A DNA stretch of 64,000 nt from Macrostomum lignano (GCA_002269645.1 NIVC01000892.1:62001-126000), one strand, 5' to 3'. Positions 36,351-51,300 are shown, counted from the first letter of the stretch. Notes: generated from the letters alone by a model not told the origin. Numbers and translations: made by a program.

Positions 36351-39300
36351 GTGAGTTTCAAAATCTAATCTATGAGTTATAGTGGATGCCATCACAGAGC
36401 TATTGTTATTGATGCATAACATCTTCCATGTATTTTATTATCATCAATGATTTGCCTGTCTTTACCATCCCTTTGTCAATTGTGGTGTGAGGTAGGAAAA
36501 AATAGTTTCAGTTTTACTGACTTGATTGAAAAAAATCTTGATCTTCCTTCCTTTTCTCATATTACTCACTGGACATTTGGGGAGAATTGATGCTGAACGC
36601 GTTGTCTGCTTCCTCAGTAACAGGCACCCTTTTTCTGTTTCTATTCGTATCCTTCGTGGTCTGCGTTTTCTTTTGTGCAGTCCGGGACGCACTTTTTTCA
36701 GTTTAGGATTTTTCCCCAAAGCGCGATAAAACTATAACTAGTACGAGTATGTGTCGAGACTCCTTCTCACCCCGACTGTGAACCACCCCCCCCCTTGAGG
36801 GGGTGATTTGAGTAAGGCTGAGGAACTTCCTGCAACTGCACAATGGCGGGCGCATCTGTGCCTATAGTTTACAATACATGTATATAAAAAAGTGGATAGC
36901 TTTCCTTATTGGGACCCTGCTTAGCCAACTGATTTCCCAGGACGATATCTCCTGGAATTTTCCTCACTTTTTATCATTTCTGCTCCCCTCCTCGGGTTTG
37001 ATCCCAACTCCAAGGAGACCTTATAGAAATAGATCCTGGAGTCAGTAAGAACTCACTTCCAGCAGCCGCCAGCCACTTTCAGACAACTGTAGGCTCACTA
37101 CTCTGATCACTGCTCTCCTCTAAGGAGCACAGCTGCAAGCAGGAGTTTTAATTTAAGGGGCCGCAGCCCTGTGGGGCGCCAATGTTTGCTGTCTTGGTGG
37201 GAGCCCCTGTCGCTTGGGTGGGCGCCCCTGTCTCTTGGGTGGGCGTCCCTGTCTCCTGGGTGGGCGCCCCTGTCTCTTGAGTGGGCACCCCTGTCTCTTG
37301 GGTGGGCGCCCCTGTCTCTTGGGCGGGCGTCCCTGTCTCTTGGGTGGGCGCCCCTGTCTCTTGGGCGGGCGTCCCTGTCTCTTGGGCGGGCGTCCCTGTC
37401 TCTTAGTGGGCGCCCTGTCTCTTGGGTGGGCGTCCCTGTCTCCTAGGTGGGCGCCCCTGTCTCCTAGGTGGGCGCCCCTGTCTCCTAGCTAGGTGCCCCT
37501 GTCTCTTGAGTGGGCGCCCCTGTCTCTTGGGTGGGCGCCCCTCTCTCTTTGGTGGGCGTCCCTGTCTCTTGGGTGGGCGCCCCTGTCTCTTGGGCGGGCG
37601 TCCCTGTCTCTTAGTGGGCGCCCTGTCTCTTGGGTGGGCGTCCCTGTCTCCTAGGTGGGCGCCCCTGTCTCCTAGGTGGGCGCCCCTGTCTCCTAGCTAG
37701 GTGCCCCTGTCTCTTGAGTGGGCGCCCCTGTCTCTTGGGTGGGCGCCCCTCTCTCTTTGGTGGGCGTCCCTGTCTCTTGGGTGGGCGCCCCTGTCTCTTT
37801 GGTGGGCGCCCCTGTCTCTTGGGTGGGCGTCCCTGTCTCCTAGGTAGGCGCCCCTGTCTCCTAGGTGGGCGCCCCTGTCTCATTGGTTGTCGCTCCTACC
37901 CCCGTCTTCTAGGCCAGTGGATGGCACATCCATGAAGTGACAAAAGTTGAGTTCCTTCGTTATTCGTCTAGCTGCAGGGGGGTAGGGGTCACTCTATAGG
38001 GGGGAGTGGGGGCAGTTATCAGTTTGGTCAACCTAATCCACAGGTAATTCATTGGTTATAAATTTAGTCTCGCTTTGAAGCTGTACAAATCAATACTGCA
38101 GCTTAGGAAGAGTCCTTGTTAGAGTCGTATAGGGAGGCTGCGTTATGATCCAATCCAGGCATATATCCAACAACTAAGAGCTACTCTCGAGTATTACTTG
38201 CTCTTTTGCCTGGATACTTGTTTAATACGTAAAGCATGCCTGAGACTAGAGGCCTCAGTTTGAGTCGAGAGTGATTTGCTAAGATGGCGCACTTCTTCAA
38301 GTCCTGTATTGCCCACTCCTCCCTCCTAGCAGCATTAGTAAGTACACGCGAAGTAGCGGCTTAAATTTGAAATCCCATCTGTTAAAAGCGAGGGAAGCAT
38401 TAGTTTAGAGTAATTTCCTTTCTCGAGGAGCATCCCTAAGCTACTCAAAAATATTCTCCTTGACTCTGAGGGGCTTCCTGGGCGCTTTATAACGACATCA
38501 TTCCATTAAAGCTAAATAGCGGGGAGGGAAATTGTCCCCGATTTCTTTAAACTGGCTCGGCTAAGACCGACATTCGGTCCGCATGCTGTGAGCTCGCGAT
38601 TCGCTAAATTTTCTGACCTTGGCTTGGGGTGCTGATACTTGAATTTTCTGACTTCATTTAGTTTGGCTAGATTAGCAATCCGTTCTATTCCTTCATCCGT
38701 GATATTGGCTAGATTAGCAATCCGTTCTATTCCTTCATCCGTGATATTGGCGAGATTAGCAATCCGTTCTATTCCTTCATCCGTGATATTGGCTAGATTA
38801 GCAATCCATTCTATTCCTTCATCTTCGTGGCGTTGGCTAGATTAGCAATCCGTTCTATTCCTTCATCTTCGTGGCGTTGGCTAGATTAGCAATCCATTCT
38901 ATTCCTTCACCCGTGATATTGGCTAGATTAGCAATCCATTCTATTCCTTCATCCGTGATATTGGCTAGATTAGCAATCCATTCTATTCCTTCATCCGTGA
39001 TATTGGCTAGATTAGCAATCCATTCTATTGAAGTGAGGATAAGTTGGTTTATACATGTAAAGAAGTGATACCAGGACCCAGAAAAACCCCTGAGCTCATA
39101 TTCTTGGAAACACTTTCTACTTTCCAGGCCGCTTCTCTTATATCTATATGCTTCTCAAAAGTCTCATAGATAGACGCACGTGGCAGACAAATATCAGTTG
39201 GTCGTTGAAACCTCGCACACGTGGGGTGCTTTTGTGAATGACACTATCATGGTAGCCCTCACATTGAACAGGGTTTGCAATGGATAGCAATCTGATAAAA

Positions 39301-42300
39301 GCTTTTCTAATACCTATCAACTAATCAGTTCGTATGCGGGCTCTGAAAAGCTTTGTCGGCGATGCGTCTCGCATATTGCGTCATTCGCGCGTTATAAAAA
39401 ATTGCCTTATACTATATTGTAAGGCTGTCAATATAAACAGCTTGCCACCACTGAAAATGCAACTGGTAAGGTTTCATCAGGCAGAATTTCAAATTGGGAG
39501 TCTATATTTGCCCCTCATCCGGTTACCGGCTTTAGATGGCTTCCTATAGTTCCTATACACTCAGCAATTTTCTGAATTGAATGCACAAAGCTCTATTATA
39601 GCTACTTGCTAAACCGGCTTCGCCTTAGCAACTGTATTAACCTATGCAAATGTCAAATACGCCAAAAACGTTTTTTTGTATCTATGCGCAGTTTTGGTGG
39701 AGTTCCGCTTTGTAAGTGACATTTTTGATACGATATAGGGATATATTTAATCAACTGAGTAATTATTCCTAAATTAAACAGGCCTTTAGATTTAACTTCT
39801 CAAACTAAGCAATGAGTCCACTGATTTAAACATCTGAATTGAGTTTGGCATCCTAACAGATTCTGATAATGGCGCCTCTAATTTTGAAAGTGGCACCTCC
39901 GGATTGAAAGTGGCATCTCTGGATTGAAAGTGGCACCTCCGGATTGAAAGTGGCATCTCCGGATTGAAAGTGGCACCTCCGGATTGAAAGTGACATCCCC
40001 GGGTTGAAAGTGGCATCTCTGGATTGAAAGTGGCACCTCCGGATTGAAAGTGGCACCTCCGGATTGAAAGTGGCACCTCCGGATTGAAAGTGGCACATCC
40101 AGATTGAAAGTGGCATCTCCGGATTGAAAGTGGCACATCCAGATTGAAAGTGGCATCTCCGGATTGAACGTGGCACATCCAGATTGAAAGTGGCATCTCC
40201 GGATTGAAAGTGGCACCTCCGGATTGAAAGTGGCATCTCCGGATTGAAAGTGGCATCTCTGGATTGAAAGTGGCACCTCCGGATTGAAAGTGGCACCTCC
40301 GGATTGAAAGTGGCATCTCCGGATTGAAAGTGGCACATACAGATCAAAAGTGGCACCTTGAATTTGTAAACTGAAGTCTCCATCTCCTTCTGTAAAATAA
40401 GTGAGTCCAATTTTCTTACTCCTTTACAATTCAGTGAGGCGAGCGAATTATGTTCCTGGGTTTTTATTGTAAGCATGAAAGGATTTTTTTAATCAGCCAG
40501 TCTGTCTGTGACTTAAACAAATTTAATACGGTGCAAGATTTTAATGGGATTTTGTTAAACTTAGCTCGACAAGCTTCAATGGTCAAAACGACGAGGATGA
40601 AGCAAGTTCGGAGTCTGGTCAGACTCAGTCTCATGCTACGCTGATTTCTCAACTCCCACTCCGTTTTTTGTTCTAAAAAGCGACACCTCACAGTCGGTGC
40701 TCAGCGAGGCGGAAGACTAAACGAAACGGATATGGAGAGCTGCTCGAGTTGCTCGATCGGGAGGGGGGGGGGCTGAGGAGAGAGAGAGAGTGAGAGCTCT
40801 TGTGATTGATGAGAAAGTTTAATTAAAAAAACGGTTATTTTTTGTTCCTCCCGAGTGAGAAAGTCTGGGAGACATGGCTCCATGACTCATGGAAAAATAC
40901 AATCCATCAAATTTGGTATTGGTGTCAGCTTCTTGCGGATCTGACAGTTTTATTTCTGCATTTATCTGTGAACTGTTCATGCAAAGAAGGTAGAATCCAT
41001 GTTCTAGTATAACTTAAAATGAAAACTACCTGAACCAGGCAACTATGGCTGACTTAATTAATTAAAAATATTCCAATTGTAAATTAACATTTCGGCATCG
41101 AAATTATGTTTTGGAGACAAATATTAAAAAACGTTCTTTTTCTGACACTTATATTTTCAAAATGGCACTTTGATGGCAACGCGAAACTTGTTAAAATGAC
41201 ATTTTGATGGCACCACGAGACCGTTAAAAAGGGCACTTTATGACACTCAAGACCTTTAAAAATGACGCTTTGATGGCACAGCGAGACCTGTCTAAATGGC
41301 ACTTTGATGGCAACGCGAAACTTGTTAAAATGACATTTTGATGGCACCACGAGACCGTTAAAAAGGGCACTTTATGACACTCAAGACCTTTAAAAATGAC
41401 GCTTTGATGGCACAGCGAGACCTGTCTAAATGGCACTTTGATGGCAACGCGAAACTTGTTAAAATGACATTTTGATGGCACCACGAGACCGTTAAAAATG
41501 GCACTTTGATGGCACCGCGAGACCTTTAAAAATGACGCTTTGATGGCACAGCGAGACCTGTCTAAATGGCACTTTGATGACACTCGAGACCCTTAAAAAG
41601 GGCACTTTATTGGCACCGCGAGACTTGTCAAAATGACACGTACATATTAAGGCATCTATATTTTTAAAAGAGAATATTTTCTTGCACTCACATTAGTGAT
41701 GAGTTTATTTTTAGTAACAGCACCCCGCAGAGAATCCATTTATTATAGATAGCCATACTCAAGTTTAATAGCATGCATTTCGCAGCCGATATTGTTGTTG
41801 AATTCGTAAATTATTTTAATACAGTTTGATGGACTCTATTGTGCCTGGCACATAATTAATCTAGCACAGAGCACGCACGCATCTGCGCGCCGCGAATTTA
41901 GTTTCATTTCTCACGCGTTGGTCAATTGGCTAGTAGATGCTATTTCTGATGCGCTCGAGTATTGCTACAGACGAAGCTCGTATCTGTCAGTTCGTTACAC
42001 ACAACGCGCATGGAAAATCTAAGTATTGTAGAATTGCACAAATTTCATTGGAAGCCACAGAAAAAAAAATGAGTCTCTGTACTAGAAGCCGGTTTTTCAC
42101 TGCTGCTAGAAAGTTTTCAGTTAACACAAAGACTGGATTACACAAACTATTTGGATTACACAAACTAACCAGATTACACAAACTAATTGGATTACACAAA
42201 TTGACTAGATTACACAAACTAATTGGATTACATAAACTGACTAGATTACACAAACTGACTAGATTACATAAACTGACTAGATTACACAAACTGACTAGAT

Positions 42301-45300
42301 TACACAAACTGACTAGATTACACAAACTAACCAGATTACAAACTAATTGGATTGCACAACTTGACTAGATTACACAACTTGACTAGATTACACAAACCAG
42401 TTGGATTACACAAACTGAATAGATTACACAAACTAATTGGATTACATAAACTGACTAGATTACACAAACTGACTAGATTACACAAACTGACTAGATTACA
42501 CCAACTGACTAGATTACACAAACTGACTAGATTACACAAACTGACTAGATTACACAAACTGACTAGATTACACAAACTGACTAGATTACACAAACTGACT
42601 AGATTACACAAACTGACTAGATTACACAAACTGACTAGATTACACAAACTGACTAGATTACACAAACTGACTAGATTACACAAACTGACTAGATTACACA
42701 AACTGACTAGATTACACAAACTGACTAGATTACACAAACTGACTAGATTACACAAACTAACCAGATTACACAAACTAATTGGATTACACAACTTGACTAG
42801 ATTACACAACTTGACTAGATTACACAAACCAGTTGGATTACACAAACTGAATAGATTACACAAACTAATTGGATTACATAAACTGACTAGATTACACAAA
42901 CTGACTAGATTACACAAACTGACTAGATTACACAAACTGACTAGATTACACAAACTGACTAGATTACACAAACTGACTAGATTACACAAACTGACTAGAT
43001 TACACAAACTGACTAGATTACACAAACTAATTGGATTACACAAACTGACCAGATTACACAAACTAATTGGATTACACAAACTGACCAGATTACACAAACT
43101 AATTGGATTACACAAACTGACCAGATTACACAAACTAATTGGATTACACAAACTAATTGGATTACATAAACTAAATAGATTACACAAACCGATTGGATTA
43201 CACAAACTGATCAAATTACACAAACTGACTAGATTACACAAACCATTTGGATTACACAAACTGATCAAATTACACAAGCTTATTAGATTACACAAATTGG
43301 ATCAGATTACACACATAGAGTACTTGTCGATTATACGAACTGACTTGATTACACGAATTGCATGTACTTAAATTACACAGGCAGAATAGATTACGGATAC
43401 TAATTAGAATACAGAATCAAAATTTCTAAATCTAAATCTAAACTAAATTTTACAAGCATACTTCATTACTCTCACAATATCTACTCAGATCACGTATCCA
43501 GAATGTACACAAAAAGCATCAGGAGAAGAATCAAGCGCTTATTTTTGTTGCTAAATTGTTTGCCCCAGCAACTAACTGCGCAGGTAAATACTCGAACTTT
43601 CACTCTCATTCTGGTTTGCTCCGCTTAGCCCTTAATGAGGGCCCGAGCTCTTGAAATCGGACACTTCGGTTGCTGGTCGGGTAGCTAGCCGCAAGGATTT
43701 CGAAAACTTCAAGCATGTAGCGAGTGCCCCTACCTGGCGAAGAGTCTATATATGCCTACCCATGTTCCTTGCCTATGCATTCGCGCAAAAATAGATCCTA
43801 CACTCTGATATTACAATACGATTTGAACTTTCAACAAAAATATTCTAGAAAAGAGAAATATTTAGCACTTGGTCGAGACTAGAAAAACATTAGCCAGAAT
43901 TTAAGCTTAAACGGTCATTTAAAGTTGAAAGTGTACGAATTAGACCATTTTTTACTAGAGGCAGGGTTCTTGTGCACCCTGGCGCACTTTAAGCGACATT
44001 GTCGCACAACCGACGAGAGGCATTACTGCCCATTCCACCGACTCCCCCGAGCAGGCACACAAGCGCGCAGATACTTACGCAGTCATACGCACAGGCACAC
44101 ACTCACACAGGAGTGTATAGCGGCCTTGGCTTTATTTATCGTTAGGCATGTACACTTCACTGTGCCTTGGGGGTTGGCCTTCAACTTCAAGGCAGTTAAT
44201 TGTACAAGCAGACCCATGCCGAGATTACTACTGCCGAGAGGACTAATGTGACTGCACTTGGAATCGAGCCTGGACCTCTGGAACATAAATTTAAGAGCGC
44301 CGCGCCAGACCACTAGGTAGGGGTGTTCGGGTCGGCCATTTTTTCGGGGTTCGGGGTTTACCCCGAACCCGGTACCCCTACCCCGAACCCCGAACCCCGT
44401 CCCGAACATTTCTTCCAACCCCGAACCCCGAACCCGGTACCAAAACCCGACCCGACCCCGAACGTAACCCCGAACATTTTCACGCTTATTTTGGTCAATC
44501 ATTTTAATAAATTCAGTTTTCAGTTTTCAATTTTTCAGTTTTCAGTTTTGAATTTCAGTTTTAAATTCAGTTTTATATATTGAGATGTGTCTTAACAGCT
44601 TCAACCACTTAGCCTTGTGGTTTTATTTCCCTTAGCTACTCTACAACTAGGAAAAGAAATATGAAACACTTCTTGCAATGGTATTGGGATTGAGATGGAA
44701 GGAATACCAAGACCCAAGATCTAATAGTAAGATACATGAAAGTTCACAACTAAAATCAGGACCATTTCGTACCTATACTTACAACGAAATTGCTTTCATA
44801 GTAATATTACATCTATGAGTTTATTTAAGCTGCAAAAATAGAGTACAATAAAATTAGATTATACCCTGTAGTGTAGATATCAGTAGAGATAGAACTAGAG
44901 CGATAAAGATCAGATAGCACAGATAAAACAATGATACAATGAAACAGGAGAGTTAATCACAAATATATATTTATTTTTACTTTTGACTACAGTTAACAGT
45001 AAGTCAGTAGTGGTATAACAGAATTGCTATGTAAAAACTAAAGTGACGTCTTTACATAAAATTGTATGCTGATATGAGTAGGTAATCATTGTGATAATTG
45101 ATTATTGGCGACTGATGCGTGGAGAATAATAGTGTATTTATAAATTTTAAGCTTCCTCATCCAATCCTGAAGTTCAGACCATGTTACACACGTAGCACAT
45201 GTAAATTTATTACTGAACGTAATTTTTTAAATCATCAACTGCAAGACTAAATGGGTCGAAAAACTACAATCTTTTTTTACCAGAAAGTGTAAATGAATCC

Positions 45301-48300
45301 ATGGTTCTATCTGCTATTTCCGTTTCAAATTGTATGTAAAATATAACTTAAGTTGTACCTGAAACTCAATGCATATCTTTCGCATTGTGGATTTTTCATA
45401 AGGAGTAAAAAGTGCTTGAAAATACTCTTGAGAATGATAATTGTTCAAAACCCCGAAAACCCCGAAAACCCGGTGGCCAAACCCCGAACCCGGTACCCCT
45501 ACCCCGAACCCCGAACCCGACCCGGAACACCTACCCCGAACCCCGAACCCGGTACCAAAACCCGACCCGAAACCCGACCCGACCCCGAACCCCGAACACC
45601 CCTACCACTAGGCTACGTCCCTCCCTCCCCCCTACAGGTTGGGCCATAGACAACACGCAAACTCCTGGCTGAAAAAAATTCGCCTTGAAATTCAAGCAAG
45701 CCTAGAATTGGACATCCAGACTTGCAATATACAAAACTACTCGTAGTTGTTTAACATCAGTCTGAAAAGTGATAACTAAACACCGACTTCTGTTACTACC
45801 GGTAATTCCAAGGTCTGCTGCTGCAGTCAGCTAAAGGTTCACTGTATCCGTGCAAAGTCAAATCGCTTTTTTGAATTATGCTGGCTCTCAGTCTGTGACA
45901 AAACTCTATGGCCACGTATGACTCGAATATCATGTATTTGCTCACTTAAAAACTCCTTTCCTTAAACATCGGGTTCGTTGCGACTTTGACAGCTGAAGTC
46001 TAACTATAGACATAAAATTCGAAGATGTATTATTTAGTTAAAATATATAGGATTTATTGTAAATATGTGAAAAAGGTTGTAGTCTAGTGTAGTCTAGTCT
46101 AGCGACTCACGACTGAGTCGGTCGGGGTTCGATTCTCGACCCACTGAGAACAATTTGTGTTCTTGACCAAGACACTTGTGTGGCGACCCCCAGTCCTTGG
46201 ACTGAACAGCCGTACGCAGCCTTCAGATGCGCCGCGCAATAGCTGCGGCTGAGCTGTCGGTTGCACATCTGCTCATTAGGGCAGGTGTAATCAAATATTA
46301 TTATGGGAAAGAAATTTAAATACAGCTAAATTCTCATTAAACCTAAGTCCGTGTAGCTTTGAAGTAAAAGTTAAGCTGGGTTTGTGTGGTATAGCCAAGC
46401 ACCATTTTCTTCGAGTTCAATTTCACTAAACATTCTTTTCAAATCTTGCAGTGACCGCGGGCCTGTGTGTGTGTGACCTCTCGATTGCAATCAGACTTTC
46501 GGTTTTTTATAGTTTTCAACTTTTTTACACTAGCCTGTAGAATATGACAGCGCGACAAAAGCGCAAAGGGTCACTTCAAATTTACAACTGACAGTTGGCA
46601 GAAGAAACTTGCGAAGCTTGTGGCTGTTTTTAGTTGCTGGATCTGTCAAAAGAAACACACAGTTTCTTTGGCCAAGAAAAATTATTGTATATGGAAATTC
46701 TGAACTGAAAAATATAATACTTAATGCATTTGCGCATTCTATAGTATTATTGACAGATTAATGTTTATCTACAAACTAAGGAATTAGGGATTTAGACATT
46801 TAAGGATCTAGTAGAGATCTAAGGATCTAGACATCTGAGAATCTAGAGGTATATGGATGTAGAGATCTAAGGATCTAATAGAAATCTGAGAATCTAGAAG
46901 CTTATGGATGAAGAGTTTTAAGGAACTAGACATCTCAGAATCCAGAGGTCTATGGATTTAATATCTCCATAGAGAGATCTCCGTAGAGATCTAAAGATCT
47001 AGATATCTATGGATGCAGAGATCTAAGGATCTAAATATCTATGGATGTAGAGATCTCAGGATCTAGATATCTATGGGTATAGAGATCTCAGGATCTAGAT
47101 ATCTATGTATGCAGAGATCTAAGGATCTACGAGCGTATTAAAGATCTGAGAATCTAGAGGTTTAAGTATGTAGAGATAGAAGGATCTAAACATTTGAGAG
47201 TCTAGAGATCTCAGAATCTAGATATCCATGGATATAGAATCTAGGCTCTAGAAATTTACTCATAAAGATTGCGAAAGCACTTAGAAGATCATTGAATCCT
47301 GGAAACTTGTGCCTGGACTCGAAGCTCAGACCCGGGCTTTCGGATTTTCCAAGGCTTTCCTGGAAGTGCATAAACAGTTTTTTGTCCTTAGTGTCCCTAG
47401 TTTGAGTCCTTCTAGCCGATGGATTTAGCTATAGACCTATTGGCAGGGTCGCCCTGGCGTTAAGCCTTCAGAACTTCCCTCGCCCCTTGTACAGAAAATC
47501 CTTCTCAGAAAAGGAATTTGTTTTCCTAGGAATTCCAAGATTAAATGCTTCTGTCGGACACATGCGCAGACGCTTGAGCTAGTCTAGCTAAAAAACAACA
47601 TTGGTGGACAGCGGCAGAAATTTGATTGGCTTTGATTTTCCTTCAAGAAATTGGCTGCAGAGCGGCCTGAGACCAGGCAGGCGCATTCATCATTTCATTG
47701 GCCCGACGAGAAACTCAATTCCACACGGATTGAAATCGAGAGTGCTGCTGCGGAGAGAGATCAGCGGAACGGAAGGGGAGCGGGGAGCGGGGTGTGAGAA
47801 ATTAGGCAATAGGGTGAGAGGGAGGGAGGAATGATAAAGTGGCTCATGGAAATTGGAATCACTGCCGAGGTGACCAATCGGTCAAGCGTGATAGCAAAAT
47901 TTTTGTTTAGGATCTTTTTTAGCCAGCTGTGAAACTTTATTATCTATCGGTTCTGCTCCCGCTAGCCTCTTCGGCCTCCGTGGCATGCTTAGCTGGGTGG
48001 ATTGCTAGAAACTAGTTTATCCAACATCACAGATGAAGGAATAGAATGGATTGCTAATCTATAGCCAACATCACAGATGAAGGAATAGAATGGATTGCTA
48101 ATCTATAGCCAACATCACAGATGAAGGAATAGAATGGATTGCTAATCTATAGCCAACATCACAGATAAATGAATAGAATGGATTGCTAATCTATAGCCAA
48201 CATCACAGATAAATGAATAGAATGGATTGCTAATCTATAGCCAACATCACAGATAAATGAATAGAATGGATTGCTAATCTATAGCCAACATCACAGATAA

Positions 48301-51300
48301 ATGAATAGAATGGATTGCTAATCTATAGCCAACATCACAGATAAATGAATAAAATGGATTGCTAATCTATAGCCAACATCACAGATGAAGGAATATAATG
48401 GATAGCTAATCTAGCCAGCATTACAGAAAAATGAATAGAATGGATTGCTAATCTAGCCAACATCATGGAATGTAGTAATAGAACAAATTAACATCCTGTC
48501 TGTCTGTTATGTCTAGAGGAACGTTAGTACCAGCAGTTCCTATCTCAGGAGATTATTATTCAGCAGCTCGAAGTGTCAGCTTCTTTTTAGCCAGCCTATG
48601 GATTATGGAGCTCAGTGGCCTCACTGGCCTCTTGCAGTTCTCAACCCATGGGAGAGAAGATCAGCTGTTAGTTTGGCTGGGATTTGATGTGCTGCTGCTA
48701 AAGTGCAAAAATACAGGCAATAAAGATGGCTAATCCGAAACCTGTAATAAACGATGAGGTTTTTTTTATACCATTCGCAGTCGGAAAATGCCAGCTGGAG
48801 CTGCCGAACGAGTTGGAAATCTGTTTGGAACACCTGAACAACTTGCACAAGATGGAACCGGGCCTGGAGTGCTTCTGCCCCAAGTCCATCGAACCGCCAA
48901 GCGAACTAACGCGCTGCATGAATGTCTGGGAATACCTGTTCAACCATCCCTGCAAGCTGGCGGCCGGCAGGTCTGCTCCTGGCGGCGTGCGACTGCCAGG
49001 TTTGCTCTTGTTATTACCTACCTGCCTACCTGCCTACCTGCCTACCTGCCTACCTGCCTGTCTGCCTACTTGTCTACCTACCTACCTACCTACCTACCTG
49101 CCTACCTGCCTACCTGCCTACCTGCCTACCTGCCTACCTGCCTACCTGCCTACCTGCCTGTCTGCCTACTTGTCTACCTACCTACCTACCTACCTGCCTA
49201 CCTGCCTACCTGCCTACCTGCCTACCTGCCTACCTGCCTACCTGCCTGTCTGCCTACTTGTCTACCTACCTACCTACCTACCTGCCTACCTGCCTACCTG
49301 CCTACTTGTCTACCTACCTACCTACCTACCTGCCTACCTGCCTACCTGCCTACCTGCCTACCTGCTTACCTGCCTAATTGTCTACCTACCTACCTACCTA
49401 CCTACCTGCCTACTTGTCTACCTACCTACCTACCTACCTACCTGCCTACCTACCTATCTACCTGCCAACCTGCCTACCTGCCTACCTGCCTATCTACCTG
49501 CCTACCTACCTACCTTGCCTACCTGCCTACCTGCCTACTTGCCTATCTACCTGCCTACCTACCTTGCCTACCTACCTACCTGCCTACCTACCTATCTACC
49601 TGCCTACCTGCCTACCTACCTGCCTACATGCCTATCTACCTGCCTACCTACCTTGCCTACCTGCCTACCTGCCTACTTGCCTATCTACCTGCCTACCTAC
49701 CTTGCCTACCTGCCTACTTGCCTATCTACCTGCCTACCTGCCTACCTGCCTATCTACCTGCCTACCTACCTTGCCTACCTGCCTACCTGCCTACTTGCCT
49801 ATCTACCTGCCTACTACCTTGCCTACCTGCCTACCTGCCTACCTGCCTATCTACCTGCCTACCTACCTTGCCTACCTGCCTACCTGCCTACTTGCCTATC
49901 TACCTGCCTACCTGCCTACCTGCCTACCTGCCTAGCTACCTACCTGCCTACCTACCTATCTACCTGCCTACCTGCCTACCTGCCTATCTACTTGCCTATC
50001 TACCTATCTACCTACATGTACCTACCTACCTGACTATCTACATGCCTGGCTGCCTAACTACCTACCTGCCTACCTACCTCTCTACCTGCCTACCTATACC
50101 TACCTACCTGACTTCCCACCTAACTGCCTGCCTACCTGTCTACCTACCTATCCGCCTAAATGTACCTGACATCTATTTAGTCCAGCCTAGTCTAGCACAT
50201 CTCAATCGCTAACAACTCTGGCAAGCTATCATATACATTGGTTAATGACACCGCTGCAGCCTCTCTAACAGCAAAGCATACATTTATCAAAGAGAGTGAC
50301 AGATCAAACAGATGGGCCTCTATAGATTGATAGATCAAGATCCCTCCCTGGGATGAGAGGGGTCCTTTGTGGCAGCCCGCCATATTCAGTTTTATTAGAA
50401 TAATCTCCATACAACCTTTGCCTCTTCGCTTCTGCCGTATGTCTGCGAGGTATTGCAAATCGATGCATAGCTACTACCGGTAATAGCGAGGGGCTGGATC
50501 GTCGCAGACGCCGCCGTACCTTAATGATCTGCCCGATCAGCGGGGGCTGGTAGAGTTGGTTGGTATTGCTTGGCCTCGATAATTATGCAGCTTGTGAATG
50601 TCGCAACTGACTGATCTATCTTGTTAAATATGAAACTCTGCTACTGGAATGGCTTATAAAGTTATATGTCATCGGATCTCTGCGTGTTCTGAAGGAATAG
50701 ATAATAAGATTAGATCATATGTAATCGGATGAAAAAAGTTGATAAGATAAGATTAGATGAGATTAAGTCACAGATTAGATTAAATGAGATGAAATGAGAT
50801 AAGACCATACTAGAGTAGATAAGATGATACGAGCATACTAATTGAGATAAGGTCAATAAACACTAGATTAGATGGGATGAGATTATATAAAGTCACACTA
50901 GATTGGATGATATGAGACCACACTAGATTAGATTATATGAGATCACACTATATTAGATAAGATGAGATAAGATCATACTAGATAAGATAAATAAGATGAG
51001 ATAAGATCACACTAGATAAATAAGATGAGATAAGATCACAATAGATTGGATGAAATTAGATTACAAGATTACATTCATTAGGTGGATGAGGTGGGATAAA
51101 GTCACACTAGATTAGATGAGATGAGATAAAGTCACACTAGATTAGATGAGATGAGATAAGATCATTCTAGATTAGATGAGATGAGATAAGGTCACAATAG
51201 ATCGGATGAGATGAGATAAGGTCACACTAGATTGGATGAGATGAGATAAGGTCACACTAGATTAGATGAGATGAGATAAGGTCACACTAGATTGGATGAG

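Noticed and set aside
39884-41640. The two GGCAC-rich arrays as inverted subterminal repeats of one transposon
   Set aside because: No terminal inverted repeat or TSD at the outer edges.
34329-43371. Cys-rich or periodic ORFs in the 31-, 21-, 20- and 18-bp arrays (e.g. LTRLHK, CNLVSL)
   Set aside because: Repeat artefacts lying in introns or upstream of Gfrl.
48726-50212. 435- and 474-aa ORFs (LPTCLPAY...)
   Set aside because: Only 48781-48999 is a real exon; the rest translates the tetranucleotide microsatellite.
50471-50549. Possible extra Gfrl exon encoding an RRRRRR furin-like site
   Set aside because: Its only donor before the stop is phase 2, incompatible with the phase-1 downstream exon.
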